A stretch of 54,223 nt of DNA from an uncultured Gammaproteobacteria bacterium. Its GTDB lineage: Bacteria; Patescibacteriota; Patescibacteriia; Patescibacteriales; UBA12465. The position numbers were made by a program, and so were the translations under genes. Location: contig CAZDYJ010000003.1 in NCBI GenBank assembly GCA_964509735.1, positions 1-54,223 on the forward strand. Direction: 5' to 3'. This document shows positions 28,835-39,026 of the stretch, one piece after another. Position 1 is the first letter of the stretch. Each line of letters begins with the position of its first letter. The notes under the pieces were generated by a model. It was not told where the DNA came from, made no database searches, and was given only the letters and a program-made list of their open reading frames with translations.

Positions 28835-31800
28835 TTATTCTTCTGACTCAATAACTGCTTCCGGCTCGGAAACATCTTCAGTTATTTCATCCGGAATCAA
28901 AACTTCCGGTTTTTCATAAGCAAATTTATCGTCAACTTTCTTGTCTATAATCTCATCGTCCATATCAATGGCTACCTCAGAGGCTATCTGTCCTTCGCCG
29001 CCAAGAAGTTGAACATTTAAACCAAGCCCTTTTAATTCTCTGATTAAAACGTTAAAGGATTCTGGAACATTTAATTTTTCAATTTCTTCTCCTTTAATAA
29101 TGGCTTCATAAGCTTTACTTCGTCCAGGAACGTCATCAGACTTAATAGTTAACATTTCTTGTAAAGTATGAGCAGCGCCGTAACCCTCAAGAGCCCAAAC
29201 TTCCATTTCTCCGAATCTTTGTCCGCCAGACTGAGCTTTACCGCCTAAAGGCTGTTGAGTGATAAGAGAGTATGGACCAATTGAACGTTGGTGGATTTTG
29301 TCATCAACCATGTGGTTAAGTTTCAAAACATATTTATAACCAACGGTAATTTTATGATCGTAAGCATCGCCAGTTTTTCCATCAAATAAAACAATCTTTC
29401 CATCTTCTGGTAAGCCAGCTTTTTTAAGTTCATCTTTAATTTGTTGCTCAGTAACACCATTTAAAGCTGGGGTCATGATATTGTAACCATTTTTCTTAGC
29501 CGCAAAACCAAGGTGAGTTTCAAGTAACTGACCAAGGTTCATACGAGAAATAATACCAAGAGGAGAAAGAATAATATCAATCGGAGTTCCGTCAGCTAGA
29601 AAAGGCATGTCTTCAACTGGCACAACTCTAGAAATAACACCTTTGTTTCCATGACGACCAGACAACTTATCGCCAACTTGGATTTTTCTGATATTAGCTA
29701 CAGAAACTTGAATTGATTTTAAAACTCCAGCTGATAATTTATCACCTTCTTCACGAGAGAAAACTTTTATATCAACAACTTTTCCGTGTTCACCATGTTC
29801 AAGATACAAAGAAGAGTCTCTAACATCTTTAGCTTTGTCACCAAAAATAGCTCGAAGTAATTTTTCTTCAGCTGATAAGGTTGTTTCTCCTTTTGGAGTA
29901 ATTTTACCGACTAAAATATCACCACTAGAAACTTCGGCACCGATGCGAATAATTCCTTCTTCATCTAAGTTTTTTAATTTTTCTTCACTGATGTTTGGAA
30001 TGTCGTTAGTAATAACTTCTGGTCCAAGCTTAGTGTCACGAACATCAATAGTATAATTTTCAATATGAACAGAAGAGTAAACATCTTCACGCACTAAACG
30101 TTCAGAAATAATAATCGCATCTTCATAGTTAAACCCTTCCCAAGTCATAAAAGCGACTAAAACATTTTTACCTAAAGCCAATTCCCCATCACTAATTGCT
30201 GGTCCATCTGATAAAACCTGGCCTTTTTTAACCTTATCGCCAACACTAATAGTAGGGTGTTGGTTAATACAAGTTGAGTAGTTAGAGCGTAAAAATTTAT
30301 TTAAGTTATAAGAAATAACTTCTCCTTTTTTAGTACTTATCTGAATTAAAGAAGAATCAACGTAAATTACTTCACCATCTTCAGCGGAAATAATAACGTG
30401 TCCGCTATCACGAGCAGCTCTTTCTTCAACGCCGGTTCCAACAACAGGAGTTTCAGTTTTTAGCAAAGGAACGGCTTGACGTTGCATGTTTGTTCCCATT
30501 AAAGATCTTTGTCCGTCGTTGTGTTCCATGAAAGGAATTAGAGACGTAGCAATAGAAATAATCTGATTAGCAGCTAAGCCAACGAAATCAATTTTATCAA
30601 CATCTTCAACGCCAGGTTCGCCATGCTTTCTAACTTCAAATTTTCCAATAATAAAGTAGCCATTATCATCTTTTGGAATTGTGGCGTCAGCAGTAATATA
30701 TTTTTCTTCTTCAAAAGCATCAAGATAAACAATTTCATCGGTAACCCGACTACCTTTTTTATCATGAATAACTTTATAGTAAGGTGATTCTAAAAATCCA
30801 TAAGTATTTAAACGAGCGTAGCTGGCTAAGTGACCAACTAAACCAATATTTGGACCTTCTGGAGTCGCAATCGGACAAATACGTCCGTAGTGAGTTGAGT
30901 GTACATCACGAACATCAAAGCCCGCTCTTTCACGAGTTAAACCGCCAGGACCCATGGCTGATAAACGACGTTTATGTTCAAGCTCGGCTAAAGGATTTGT
31001 TTGGTCCATGAATTGGGATAACTGAGATGACATGAAAAATTCCTTAACAACACCAATTACTGGACGAGCATTAACAAGTTTTGATGGAGTAAGTGAGGCA
31101 ATATCAGAAGTAGACATTCTGTCTTTAATAATTCTTTCCATTCGAGCTAAACCAACACGAAAACGATTTTGAATTAAGCCACCAATAGCACGAATACGAC
31201 GATTTCCTAAATGATCAATATCGTCTTCTGGCTCCTTAGTGATATTTAATCTAATAACTTCTTTTAAAATAAGAATTAAATCTTCGCGTCTTAAAATTCT
31301 GTTTTCTTTCTTTGTAGCTGATAAATCAAGATTAAAACGACGATTTAATTTATAACGTCCCACGCGACCGAAATCATAACGATCAAAGCGGAAAAACATT
31401 GAATGAATTAACTGACGAGCGTTTTCAGCAGAAGCAAGGTCTCCTGGGCGAATACGACGATAAACTTCTTGTAAGCCCTCTTCTTCGTTTCCAGCTAAAT
31501 CTTTTTCAATAGTAGCATCAATAAAAGTAGGTTCTTCTTCGCTTTTTACTAAATCAACGTCAGTAAATAATTTTTTAATTTCTTCGTCAGTCGAGTAACC
31601 AAAAGCACGAAGTAAAGAAGTAGCCGCTACCTTTCTTTTTCTATCAATACGAATCCATATAACTTTATTGGAATCTGTTTCTATTTCCAACCAAGCACCG
31701 CGATTAGGAATTATTTTAGCACCATAACATTTTTTCCCTTTTATAAATTCGGAAGTAAACATTACACCTGCACTTCTAATTAACTGGGAAACAATAACAC

Positions 31801-32167
31801 GTTCAATGCCGTTGATAATAAATGTTCCGTTTTGTGTCATTAAAGGAAAATCGCCAAGAAAAACTTCTTGGTTTATCGCTTTGCCAGTTTTCTTATTTAA
31901 AAGTCTAGCTTTAACACGAACAGGAGCTTCGTAAGTTACATTCTTCTCACGACTTTCAACTTCAGAAAATTTAGGCTCGTCTAAATAATAATCTTCGAAA
32001 TATAATTCAAGATCACGACCAATAAAATCGACAACTGGGTTTATTTCGTCAAAAAGCTCAGCTAAGCCTTCTTTTAAAAACCACTTATAGGAATTGGTCT
32101 GAATCTCGATCAAGTCCGGCATCGGTGCGGCAACCGAAAGCTCGGAAAACGATTTTCTTTTAGACAT
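28835..32167 (-). CDS. rpoB: DNA-directed RNA polymerase subunit beta
   Basis: Conserved GDKLSGRHGNKGV and RFGEMEVWALE motifs. The track ORF extends to 32209, but MSKRKSF at 32167 is the more plausible start. Confidence 0.97.
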   Translation of the reverse strand: MSKRKSFSELSVAAPMPDLIEIQTNSYKWFLKEGLAELFDEINPVVDFIGRDLELYFEDYYLDEPKFSEVESREKNVTYEAPVRVKARLLNKKTGKAINQEVFLGDFPLMTQNGTFIINGIERVIVSQLIRSAGVMFTSEFIKGKKCYGAKIIPNRGAWLEIETDSNKVIWIRIDRKRKVAATSLLRAFGYSTDEEIKKLFTDVDLVKSEEEPTFIDATIEKDLAGNEEEGLQEVYRRIRPGDLASAENARQLIHSMFFRFDRYDFGRVGRYKLNRRFNLDLSATKKENRILRREDLILILKEVIRLNITKEPEDDIDHLGNRRIRAIGGLIQNRFRVGLARMERIIKDRMSTSDIASLTPSKLVNARPVIGVVKEFFMSSQLSQFMDQTNPLAELEHKRRLSAMGPGGLTRERAGFDVRDVHSTHYGRICPIATPEGPNIGLVGHLASYARLNTYGFLESPYYKVIHDKKGSRVTDEIVYLDAFEEEKYITADATIPKDDNGYFIIGKFEVRKHGEPGVEDVDKIDFVGLAANQIISIATSLIPFMEHNDGQRSLMGTNMQRQAVPLLKTETPVVGTGVEERAARDSGHVIISAEDGEVIYVDSSLIQISTKKGEVISYNLNKFLRSNYSTCINQHPTISVGDKVKKGQVLSDGPAISDGELALGKNVLVAFMTWEGFNYEDAIIISERLVREDVYSSVHIENYTIDVRDTKLGPEVITNDIPNISEEKLKNLDEEGIIRIGAEVSSGDILVGKITPKGETTLSAEEKLLRAIFGDKAKDVRDSSLYLEHGEHGKVVDIKVFSREEGDKLSAGVLKSIQVSVANIRKIQVGDKLSGRHGNKGVISRVVPVEDMPFLADGTPIDIILSPLGIISRMNLGQLLETHLGFAAKKNGYNIMTPALNGVTEQQIKDELKKAGLPEDGKIVLFDGKTGDAYDHKITVGYKYVLKLNHMVDDKIHQRSIGPYSLITQQPLGGKAQSGGQRFGEMEVWALEGYGAAHTLQEMLTIKSDDVPGRSKAYEAIIKGEEIEKLNVPESFNVLIRELKGLGLNVQLLGGEGQIASEVAIDMDDEIIDKKVDDKFAYEKPEVLIPDEITEDVSEPEAVIESEE

Positions 32168-32313
32168 AAAGGTATATAAATTTAGAAAAATAAATAAATT
32201 TTTTAACAAAAAAATCCCAACCCCAAATTGGCTTGAGTTTAAAGGATATTAAGTTAATTGTTTTTTTGATAAATCACTTTTTTAATAAAAAGTGTCGAGA
32301 TGACTCTATCTTA

Positions 32314-33756
32314 TTATATTTGTTGTTTTTTGTCAATGCCCAGTTTTTCCACAATCTCCTCCCTAACCACATTTCTTTCATCCCAAGGCATTTTTTCTCC
32401 ATTCGCTAAACAAATTTGCTGTTCCGCACCTTTACCGGTAAATAACAAAAGGTCGTCTTTTTCCGCTAAAGTAACTGCTTTTTTAATTGCTTCACGTCTA
32501 TTAAGTATTTTAAAAAGGTCTTTATTTAAGACTTTTCCCGCCTCTTCAGCGCCAAGCGCCACTTCATTTATAATAACAGAAGGATCATCATCATATGGAT
32601 CCTCATCTGTAACAATTACTATATCAGCCTTATCAGCTGCCAACTTTCCAAGAATAGGTCGACGAGACTTATCTCTTCCTCCGCCAGTTGAACCAAGTAG
32701 ATGAATTAATCTTTTATGAGGTATTAAATCAATAACCTGATAAAGTTTTTCAATTGCTTTTGGTTCAAATGAATAATCAACAATTGCTTGAAAATCCTGA
32801 CCAACATCAATCATTTCTATTTTTCCGGCTAAATTGTGAACACTTTCTAAACCTTCTTCAATTTTTTGAGGGTTTATGCCCTGACTTAAACCCACAGCAT
32901 AAGCATTAAGAGCGTTTTTAGCGTTAAAATCTCCCAATAACTTTAGATTTATACTTTCATCGCCAATTAAAAAACTAGTCCCCCAGGAGCCAGTTTCAAT
33001 ATTTTTACCAATTACAACGGAAAGATCCTTGGGCACAAATTCGCTTTTAATTTTTGAGATAAATAAGTCTTTATCAAAACTTTCATTAAAAGAACAGATA
33101 TATTTTGTTTCTGCCCAAAAGTTAAAAAAATAATCAGCATTGTCATCGTCACCATTTATAATTATTGTTTTGGCAACTCTTTTATAATCTAATTTTTTTA
33201 ACTGAGTTTTTGGATTAACAACCTGATGATTGTCGTCTATGTATTTTATTTTTAGACGACGAAGATGAGAAAATAATTTTCCTTTAGCAGCTCGATAATT
33301 TTCGAAGCTACCATGAGAGTCAATATGTTCCGGATAAAGACCAGTAAAAAGAATTACGTCATAATTAACAAAACGATGACGAAATTGTTTTATTCCCTCA
33401 GACGTTGTTTCAACTATTGCATAAGAACAGCCATTTGTTTTCATCTTTTTTAAAAGCTTCTGAATAAAAAAACGACCAGGCATAGTCATTTTTTTATCAT
33501 TTAACCATTCTCTATCGCCATCAGAAAAAACAGCTGTTGAAGTGAGTCCTGTTTTATAACCAGCTCCAGATAACATTTTAGCAATTAAATATGAAGATGA
33601 TGTTTTGCCAGCTGTTCCAGTAACACCAATAACTATTAAATTGCGACTAGGAAAACCGTAAATCAAAGCGGCTAAGAAACTTAACAAAAAATGATAAACC
33701 GGACTCAAAGCTTTAAATAATTTTTTAGGAATTAATTTTTTTACAAAAGACAGCAT
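32314..33756 (-). CDS. murE: Mur ligase family protein, MurE-like, with a short N-terminal domain
   Basis: P-loop GVTGTAGKTSS at about residue 46, with Mur ligase middle and C-terminal domains. The position of the MurE DNPR motif reads EDPY (32593-32604). Amino-acid specificity is uncertain. Confidence 0.65.
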   Translation of the reverse strand: MLSFVKKLIPKKLFKALSPVYHFLLSFLAALIYGFPSRNLIVIGVTGTAGKTSSSYLIAKMLSGAGYKTGLTSTAVFSDGDREWLNDKKMTMPGRFFIQKLLKKMKTNGCSYAIVETTSEGIKQFRHRFVNYDVILFTGLYPEHIDSHGSFENYRAAKGKLFSHLRRLKIKYIDDNHQVVNPKTQLKKLDYKRVAKTIIINGDDDNADYFFNFWAETKYICSFNESFDKDLFISKIKSEFVPKDLSVVIGKNIETGSWGTSFLIGDESINLKLLGDFNAKNALNAYAVGLSQGINPQKIEEGLESVHNLAGKIEMIDVGQDFQAIVDYSFEPKAIEKLYQVIDLIPHKRLIHLLGSTGGGRDKSRRPILGKLAADKADIVIVTDEDPYDDDPSVIINEVALGAEEAGKVLNKDLFKILNRREAIKKAVTLAEKDDLLLFTGKGAEQQICLANGEKMPWDERNVVREEIVEKLGIDKKQQI

Positions 33757-33759
33757 AAA

Positions 33760-34122
33760 TTAATTATTAACAGACTTTTTACCTAAAGAATCTTTTATTT
33801 CATTTAAAAAATTTTCCATATCATCTAGACGCTTATTTTCTGTAGCAATTAACTCTGATAAATTAGAGGCAATGCGAGTCTTGTCAGCTATTATTAGTTG
33901 TCCGTAAATTTTGTTAAATGATCCGTCAGCGATTAAACCTATAAAGTTTTCTATTTCAGAAAAAACCTTGCTTTTCTTCTCTTTTAATTTTTGTAAAGAA
34001 TCTAGAATTTCATCTTTTTCCTTGAAGTTTAGTAATTCCTCTTTAGGGGCTAATTGATCAATACCGTTTAACGCTTCGTTGTTTGTGAGATTTTTTGGGT
34101 TTTCAAAATTGTTCATGTTCAT
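33760..34122 (-). CDS. Hypothetical coiled-coil protein (120 aa)
   Basis: ORF sits between ftsK and the Mur ligase gene with 21-nt and 3-nt gaps. No recognised motif. Confidence 0.45.
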   Translation of the reverse strand: MNMNNFENPKNLTNNEALNGIDQLAPKEELLNFKEKDEILDSLQKLKEKKSKVFSEIENFIGLIADGSFNKIYGQLIIADKTRIASNLSELIATENKRLDDMENFLNEIKDSLGKKSVNN

Positions 34123-34143
34123 ATGTTTAAATTTAATTTTAAT

Positions 34144-36723
34144 TTATCTAGAAAAAAACATTTCATCGTCATCTTCAAAGGGTAATTTTTTTGAATCTTC
34201 TTCTTTTTTTTCTGACTTTAAATTATCGTCCTGAGTGCGGATATCTTCTAATATTTCGTCTTCATCTTCTATAGCGTCTTCAACCTCTTCTTCGTTGAGC
34301 TCAAGCTCTTCTTCTACGTCCTCTATCTCATCTTCGATTTCTACTTCTGTTTCTTCTTCTTCTACTTCTTCGGCGTCATCACTTTTATTAAAGACCAAAA
34401 CACCATCATCCCCCTCACTATCATTTGAATCGCTATTAAAATAATTTTTTGGAGCAACAAAACTTTGTCTGTCATGAACAGGTATTCCGGATAAAGAAGA
34501 TGATTTGTGTGCTTCATATTCAGAAGCGGTTACTAAAACTTCGCGTGGTTTTGAACCATTAGAGGGGCCAATAACTCCGGCTTCTTCAAGCATGTCTAAA
34601 ATTTTAGCTGCTCTTCCGTAGCCAATTGAAAGTCGACGTTGTAACATCGAAGTTGAAGCTTTATTAGCTTTAATTATAATTTCTCTGGCTTCATCAAAAA
34701 GCTCGTCTTCATCACCATGAGTTCCATCCATGCCAACACCAGCATTGCCGTTAACTTTTTGTCTATCAGTAATGCCTTCTAAATATTCAGCCTCTCCGCT
34801 TTTTTCTTTAATATAATTTACAACATCATTTATTTCTTCATCGCTTAAATAAGCGCCTTGTATTCTTTTTGGTTTAGAAAGTTCAGCGGTAGAGAAAAGC
34901 ATATCACCTTGTCCGAGTAATTTTTCAGCTCCAGAGGAGTCAAGAATTGTTTTTGAATCAACCAAAGAAGCAACTGAAAAAGCAATACGAGAAGGGATGT
35001 TCGCTTTAATAAGACCAGTTATAACATCAACGCTTGGTCTTTGGGTGGCTAAAATAAGATGAATACCGATAGCACGAGACATTTGCGCTAAACGAATAAT
35101 TGCCGCCTCCATTTCTTTTCCGCTGGTCATCATAAAATCAGCCAGCTCATCAATAATAAAAACTATATAGGGCATTTTTTCTTTAGAAACAGCATTATAG
35201 GATTGGATATTTCTTTTTCCCGATTTATTTAAAATATCATAACGCCTATCCATTTCATTTAAACACCATTTTAAAGCATTAATTGTTTTACTTACTTCTG
35301 TTATTACTGGAGTAAGTAAGTGAGGAATGCCGTTATAAGTAGGTAGCTCAACTCTTTTTGGATCCACCATTATAAATCTTAAATCGTCAGGATTATTCTG
35401 ATAAAGCAAGCTAACTATGATGGCGTTTAAACAAACAGACTTTCCTGAGTTTGTAGCACCGGCTACTAAAAGATGAGGCATGCGTGATAAATCATAAAGC
35501 CAAGAAATTCCTGCCACATCTTTTCCTAAAACAACCATTAAATTATTTTTTCTCTTCTTAAAATTTTCTGATTCAAGTATTTCTCTTAAACCAACAATGG
35601 CTTTAGCTTTATTTGGAACTTCTACGCCAACTAAGGACTGTCCTGGTATAGGAGCTTCGATTCTAATCGGATGAGCTGCTAAAGATAATGACAAGTCATT
35701 ATTTAAAGTTGTTATTCTTGAAAGCTTAACACCTTCAGCTGGTGAAAAAGTATATTGAGTAACCGTTGGCCCGACTTTTGTTTCTCCCATTTCTACGCCA
35801 ATACCAAACTTCTCTAAAGTTTTTTTAATTTTTTGAGCATTGAAATCGGTATCACCACCAATAGCCTTACTCATTTTATTACTTAATAACTCAACGGGTA
35901 AATCTATTTTAAAACTTTTTTTCGGCCAAGCAATTTTTTCCTGAGTTTTTGGTAATTGTTCACGAAGAGCGGCTGGATTAATAATTTCATCTTCGCTTTC
36001 TTCAATGTTTTCTGGAGCACTTAAATCTCTTTTTTCCCAAGCACCTAAAACTTCTTCTCTGGCTTGTTGAATAAGTAATTTACCTTCTTCTTCCTCCTCA
36101 TCATCATCCTCGTCATCACCATTATCTTCATTATTAGAAGAAGAGAAAAGAGCGCGAAAGAAAAGAACGAAGGGGGTAAATAATTTTGCTAAAAAACTTT
36201 CTCGACCTAATATTTTAGACAAAGAAGTATTAAAAACTAAAAGCAAAGAAATTATAAATATAGCCAATAAGACAATCACTCCACCCCAAAATCCAAAAAT
36301 ATAGTGAAATAGATTACTAAAACCTAAACCAATATAACCACCACCCTGTCCATTTAAAACAGACTCTTTCCATTCATCCTTGTTGATAAAAAAATGAAAA
36401 AGACTTTGATAAGAAACAAATAAAAAAGTTAAACCAAGGTAATCAGAAAATTTCAAGGTTTTTACCTGGTATTTTGCAACAACCAGCGCCCAATAAATAA
36501 AAATTAAAGGAACCAACCATTTCCCAAAACCAAAAATAAGACTTAAATATTTTGATAAAAATAAACCAAAGTGACCAGAAAGATTAAAAAGGCCTAAAAA
36601 ACTAATCAAACCAAAGACAGCCAATAAAACAACAATAATACCATGTTTGGTTTTGTCTCCAATTTCTAGAGAGGGAAAGTTAACATAATCAAAAGCTTCA
36701 CGGTTTTTCTTTTTTCTGCCCAT
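34144..36723 (-). CDS. ftsK: DNA translocase FtsK/SpoIIIE with acidic linker and long acidic C-terminal tail
   Basis: N-terminal TM helices, Walker A GATNSGKSV, Walker B FIIDELADF, and gamma wHTH STSMLQRRLSIGYGRAAKILDMLEEAGVIG. Confidence 0.92.
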   Translation of the reverse strand: MGRKKKNREAFDYVNFPSLEIGDKTKHGIIVVLLAVFGLISFLGLFNLSGHFGLFLSKYLSLIFGFGKWLVPLIFIYWALVVAKYQVKTLKFSDYLGLTFLFVSYQSLFHFFINKDEWKESVLNGQGGGYIGLGFSNLFHYIFGFWGGVIVLLAIFIISLLLVFNTSLSKILGRESFLAKLFTPFVLFFRALFSSSNNEDNGDDEDDDEEEEEGKLLIQQAREEVLGAWEKRDLSAPENIEESEDEIINPAALREQLPKTQEKIAWPKKSFKIDLPVELLSNKMSKAIGGDTDFNAQKIKKTLEKFGIGVEMGETKVGPTVTQYTFSPAEGVKLSRITTLNNDLSLSLAAHPIRIEAPIPGQSLVGVEVPNKAKAIVGLREILESENFKKRKNNLMVVLGKDVAGISWLYDLSRMPHLLVAGATNSGKSVCLNAIIVSLLYQNNPDDLRFIMVDPKRVELPTYNGIPHLLTPVITEVSKTINALKWCLNEMDRRYDILNKSGKRNIQSYNAVSKEKMPYIVFIIDELADFMMTSGKEMEAAIIRLAQMSRAIGIHLILATQRPSVDVITGLIKANIPSRIAFSVASLVDSKTILDSSGAEKLLGQGDMLFSTAELSKPKRIQGAYLSDEEINDVVNYIKEKSGEAEYLEGITDRQKVNGNAGVGMDGTHGDEDELFDEAREIIIKANKASTSMLQRRLSIGYGRAAKILDMLEEAGVIGPSNGSKPREVLVTASEYEAHKSSSLSGIPVHDRQSFVAPKNYFNSDSNDSEGDDGVLVFNKSDDAEEVEEEETEVEIEDEIEDVEEELELNEEEVEDAIEDEDEILEDIRTQDDNLKSEKKEEDSKKLPFEDDDEMFFSR

Positions 36724-36795
36724 ATTTAATTTAAATTATATAATCATTTTAACCGCTTAAAACTGTTTCTGCAAGCAAGTCTTATCTTTTCAAAA

Positions 36796-37827
36796 CTACT
36801 TTAAAGATAAATTCATATCTTTTGTAACCTTAGAAAGAAGGGTCGCTGCTCGATTAGGTTCACCATCAAACTTCATAAAAAGATAAACAGCTGTTCTAAC
36901 GGCGGTCCAGTTATAATAAAGATTTATTCTTAACTGTAAATCTTCTGTTAATTCCAACTTTCTTAAAGAAAGATATTTATCTAAAAATATTTTTTTTAGT
37001 CTTTCTGCTAAAGCAGGGTCATTTAATTTTCCTAAAACCTTATATTCTACTTGTTGTAAAAATGTGCCAATATCTCTTGCAAAATCAGCTCGACAAAAAT
37101 CGGAAAAATCTATTACTCCCAAACGACCGCGACCAGTATCTATCAAGTTTTCTAAATGAGCGTCGCCATGAATTAATCTTTTATTTTCTTTGTTTTTTAA
37201 ATTTTCATTTTCTTGAGATGTAAAAAAATTATAAGCCGCTTCAAGCTCTCTATCATAAAGCTTGTTATATCTTAAGCTCATCTCTCGCAAAACAGCTGGG
37301 CGACCAGGAACAACTGTTTCAATTCTATCTGTTCCCGGATTGAATTCTAAATCATCACTAAACGGAAGGTTGTGTAATCTAGAAAAAAATTCTGCCGCCA
37401 TAATAATTTTCTTCTCAAGAGCTAAGATATTTCCCTCTTTTAAAAGCGATAGAACATTTCGACCTCTTAAGGCTCTATAAAAAACACCTCGAAATTCCTC
37501 TGAGTAAAAAAGTGGTCTGGGTAATTCTATTGGCTTGGAGTTTAAGGGACTATTCCAAAGATAATCTAAAATACCAAAAACATTTTCTCTTGATTCTTCG
37601 CTATGTGCAGAGCAAATTATTCTTATTTTATTTATTTTTTTTTCAGGCGTTAAAAAATAGGTTTCAAACTCAATAACAACATGATAAGTGCTGGTCCAAA
37701 CCATTTTTTTATATGGTTTTATTTTTATTTTTTTTATATCAACAAAACTAGGATAAAGTGGTAAAAGATTTTTTCTAAAAAAATTCAAAACGAAACTTTC
37801 ATCAAACAGGTTATGTATCTTATTCAT
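36796..37827 (-). CDS. APH/choline-kinase-fold phosphotransferase family protein
   Basis: Catalytic loop LIHGDAHLENL and metal-binding VIDFSDF. Substrate unknown. Lies 3 nt downstream of the GH57 gene. Confidence 0.65.
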   Translation of the reverse strand: MNKIHNLFDESFVLNFFRKNLLPLYPSFVDIKKIKIKPYKKMVWTSTYHVVIEFETYFLTPEKKINKIRIICSAHSEESRENVFGILDYLWNSPLNSKPIELPRPLFYSEEFRGVFYRALRGRNVLSLLKEGNILALEKKIIMAAEFFSRLHNLPFSDDLEFNPGTDRIETVVPGRPAVLREMSLRYNKLYDRELEAAYNFFTSQENENLKNKENKRLIHGDAHLENLIDTGRGRLGVIDFSDFCRADFARDIGTFLQQVEYKVLGKLNDPALAERLKKIFLDKYLSLRKLELTEDLQLRINLYYNWTAVRTAVYLFMKFDGEPNRAATLLSKVTKDMNLSLK

Positions 37828-37830
37828 AAA

Positions 37831-39024
37831 TTACTTTTGTTTTCCGGGCCAATGATTTTCCCAATGCTCCCGCCAAAGATTTTTACTTATTTTTAAATAA
37901 TATTTTTCTGCCGCTAACTTTAACGAACGACTTTTACTATCAGATATACTTCTAACTGAACGAACTAAATCGCCTAAGCCCTTATCAACTATATCTGGAT
38001 TCCAAGCATAGGGGCCAAAATTTTCTGAAAAATCATTAGCACTAGCCCACCAAAAAGTACAACTAGCTAAGCCTCTGACTAAATGCCAACGATACCAAGA
38101 ATAATTAATATCATCTTTAAACTTTTCATCAAGAGATAAAGATAAATTAGCTAAGCGCCAAAGATCACGATGAATTTTATTTTTTCTATCAAACCATAAA
38201 CGAAATGGTTGTCCGTCAGCTAAATCTTCTTCGCTTGATTCCCAACTTGATGGTCTTAAATCAATTTCTTCAAAGTCATTTTCTGAAAAACTACCAATAA
38301 ACTCTGACAAAGTTTTTGTGCTAAGATCTTTTGATGCAGCTAATTTTTCCATTTCTCCGCTTGGGTCTTCATGTCGCAATCCATACAACTCGCCATCAGT
38401 CGCGGTTATTAAAGTTTCTAAAAAATGAGAACCTGTTTCCTTGTTTTCGTCTATGTATTTTAAAATTAAATCTGGCGGATAAGCACGAGATTGATCACGA
38501 TCACGAAAAACAACTTTTAAAGAACTAAGACGATCTATAAATGGTTTTTTCTTATTAAAATCTTCCTCATTCAAAGCAGAAAATTCATCAAGAATTATCC
38601 ATTCATAGCCAGCTTGCTTAACAACCCTCGCGGCATTTGCTGAATAAGCCATCTCTGGAAAAAAGAAGCCCCGAGGTTTAAAATTAGCACCAAAATACTT
38701 TTTCAATATTTCTTCATTTTCCTTTATTTGTCTTAGCATTTCTTCTTCACTAACTAAAGGCATCAGAACATGATAAGCGGCTGTGCCAACTATTTCAAGC
38801 TGACCTTTATCATGAACATTTTTCAGGCGAGCTAAAAAATCTAACTCTCCCATTTCCGCCAATCTTTCTATTAAACAACCACTAATATTAATTGTTAAAT
38901 GAAAATCTGGATTATTTTCCAAAAGTCTAAGTATTCTAAGATAACTTTTATCAAGCGCTTCTTTAATAAGAAAAGAATCTATATTAGCTGGCTGATAAAG
39001 ATGTAAAAAATTTAACCACAACAT
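37831..39024 (-). CDS. Glycoside hydrolase family 57 protein (alpha-glucan active)
   Basis: GH57-like regions: LHLYQP, GQLEIVGTAAYH, PEMAY (candidate nucleophile Glu) and TDGELYG (candidate acid/base Asp). Confidence 0.8.
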   Translation of the reverse strand: MLWLNFLHLYQPANIDSFLIKEALDKSYLRILRLLENNPDFHLTINISGCLIERLAEMGELDFLARLKNVHDKGQLEIVGTAAYHVLMPLVSEEEMLRQIKENEEILKKYFGANFKPRGFFFPEMAYSANAARVVKQAGYEWIILDEFSALNEEDFNKKKPFIDRLSSLKVVFRDRDQSRAYPPDLILKYIDENKETGSHFLETLITATDGELYGLRHEDPSGEMEKLAASKDLSTKTLSEFIGSFSENDFEEIDLRPSSWESSEEDLADGQPFRLWFDRKNKIHRDLWRLANLSLSLDEKFKDDINYSWYRWHLVRGLASCTFWWASANDFSENFGPYAWNPDIVDKGLGDLVRSVRSISDSKSRSLKLAAEKYYLKISKNLWREHWENHWPGKQK

Positions 39025-39026
39025 AT

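Noticed and set aside
32275-32294. The hairpin CACTTTT-TTAAT-AAAAGTG as a terminator between the Mur ligase gene and rpoB.
   Set aside because: The stem is almost entirely A-T and has no following U-run on the minus strand, so it is not convincing as an intrinsic terminator.
32300-32704. A 134-aa + strand ORF opposite the Mur ligase gene. Similar antisense ORFs occur at 8281-8499, 11149-11412, 17700-18077, 21783-22106, 22380-22706, 41010-41294, 46043-46312, 46737-47045, 48718-49230 and 49549-49935.
   Set aside because: Each lies wholly inside a longer ORF on the opposite strand, and most of those longer ORFs carry clear conserved motifs. The translations are Ser/Leu/Phe-rich mirror images typical of antisense frames in AT-rich genes.
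24851-33756. Unusual synteny: rpoB is preceded by a Mur ligase rather than rplJ-rplL, and rpoC is not followed by rpsL-rpsG-fusA.
   Set aside because: The observation is real, but gene-order scrambling of this kind is common in reduced genomes. On its own it has no functional implication I can support.
34235-34444. A poly-Ser ORF (69 aa) on the + strand.
   Set aside because: It is the mirror image of the poly-Glu/Asp tail of ftsK (GAA/GAT read antisense as TTC/ATC and shifted to TCT/TCA), so it is not an independent gene.
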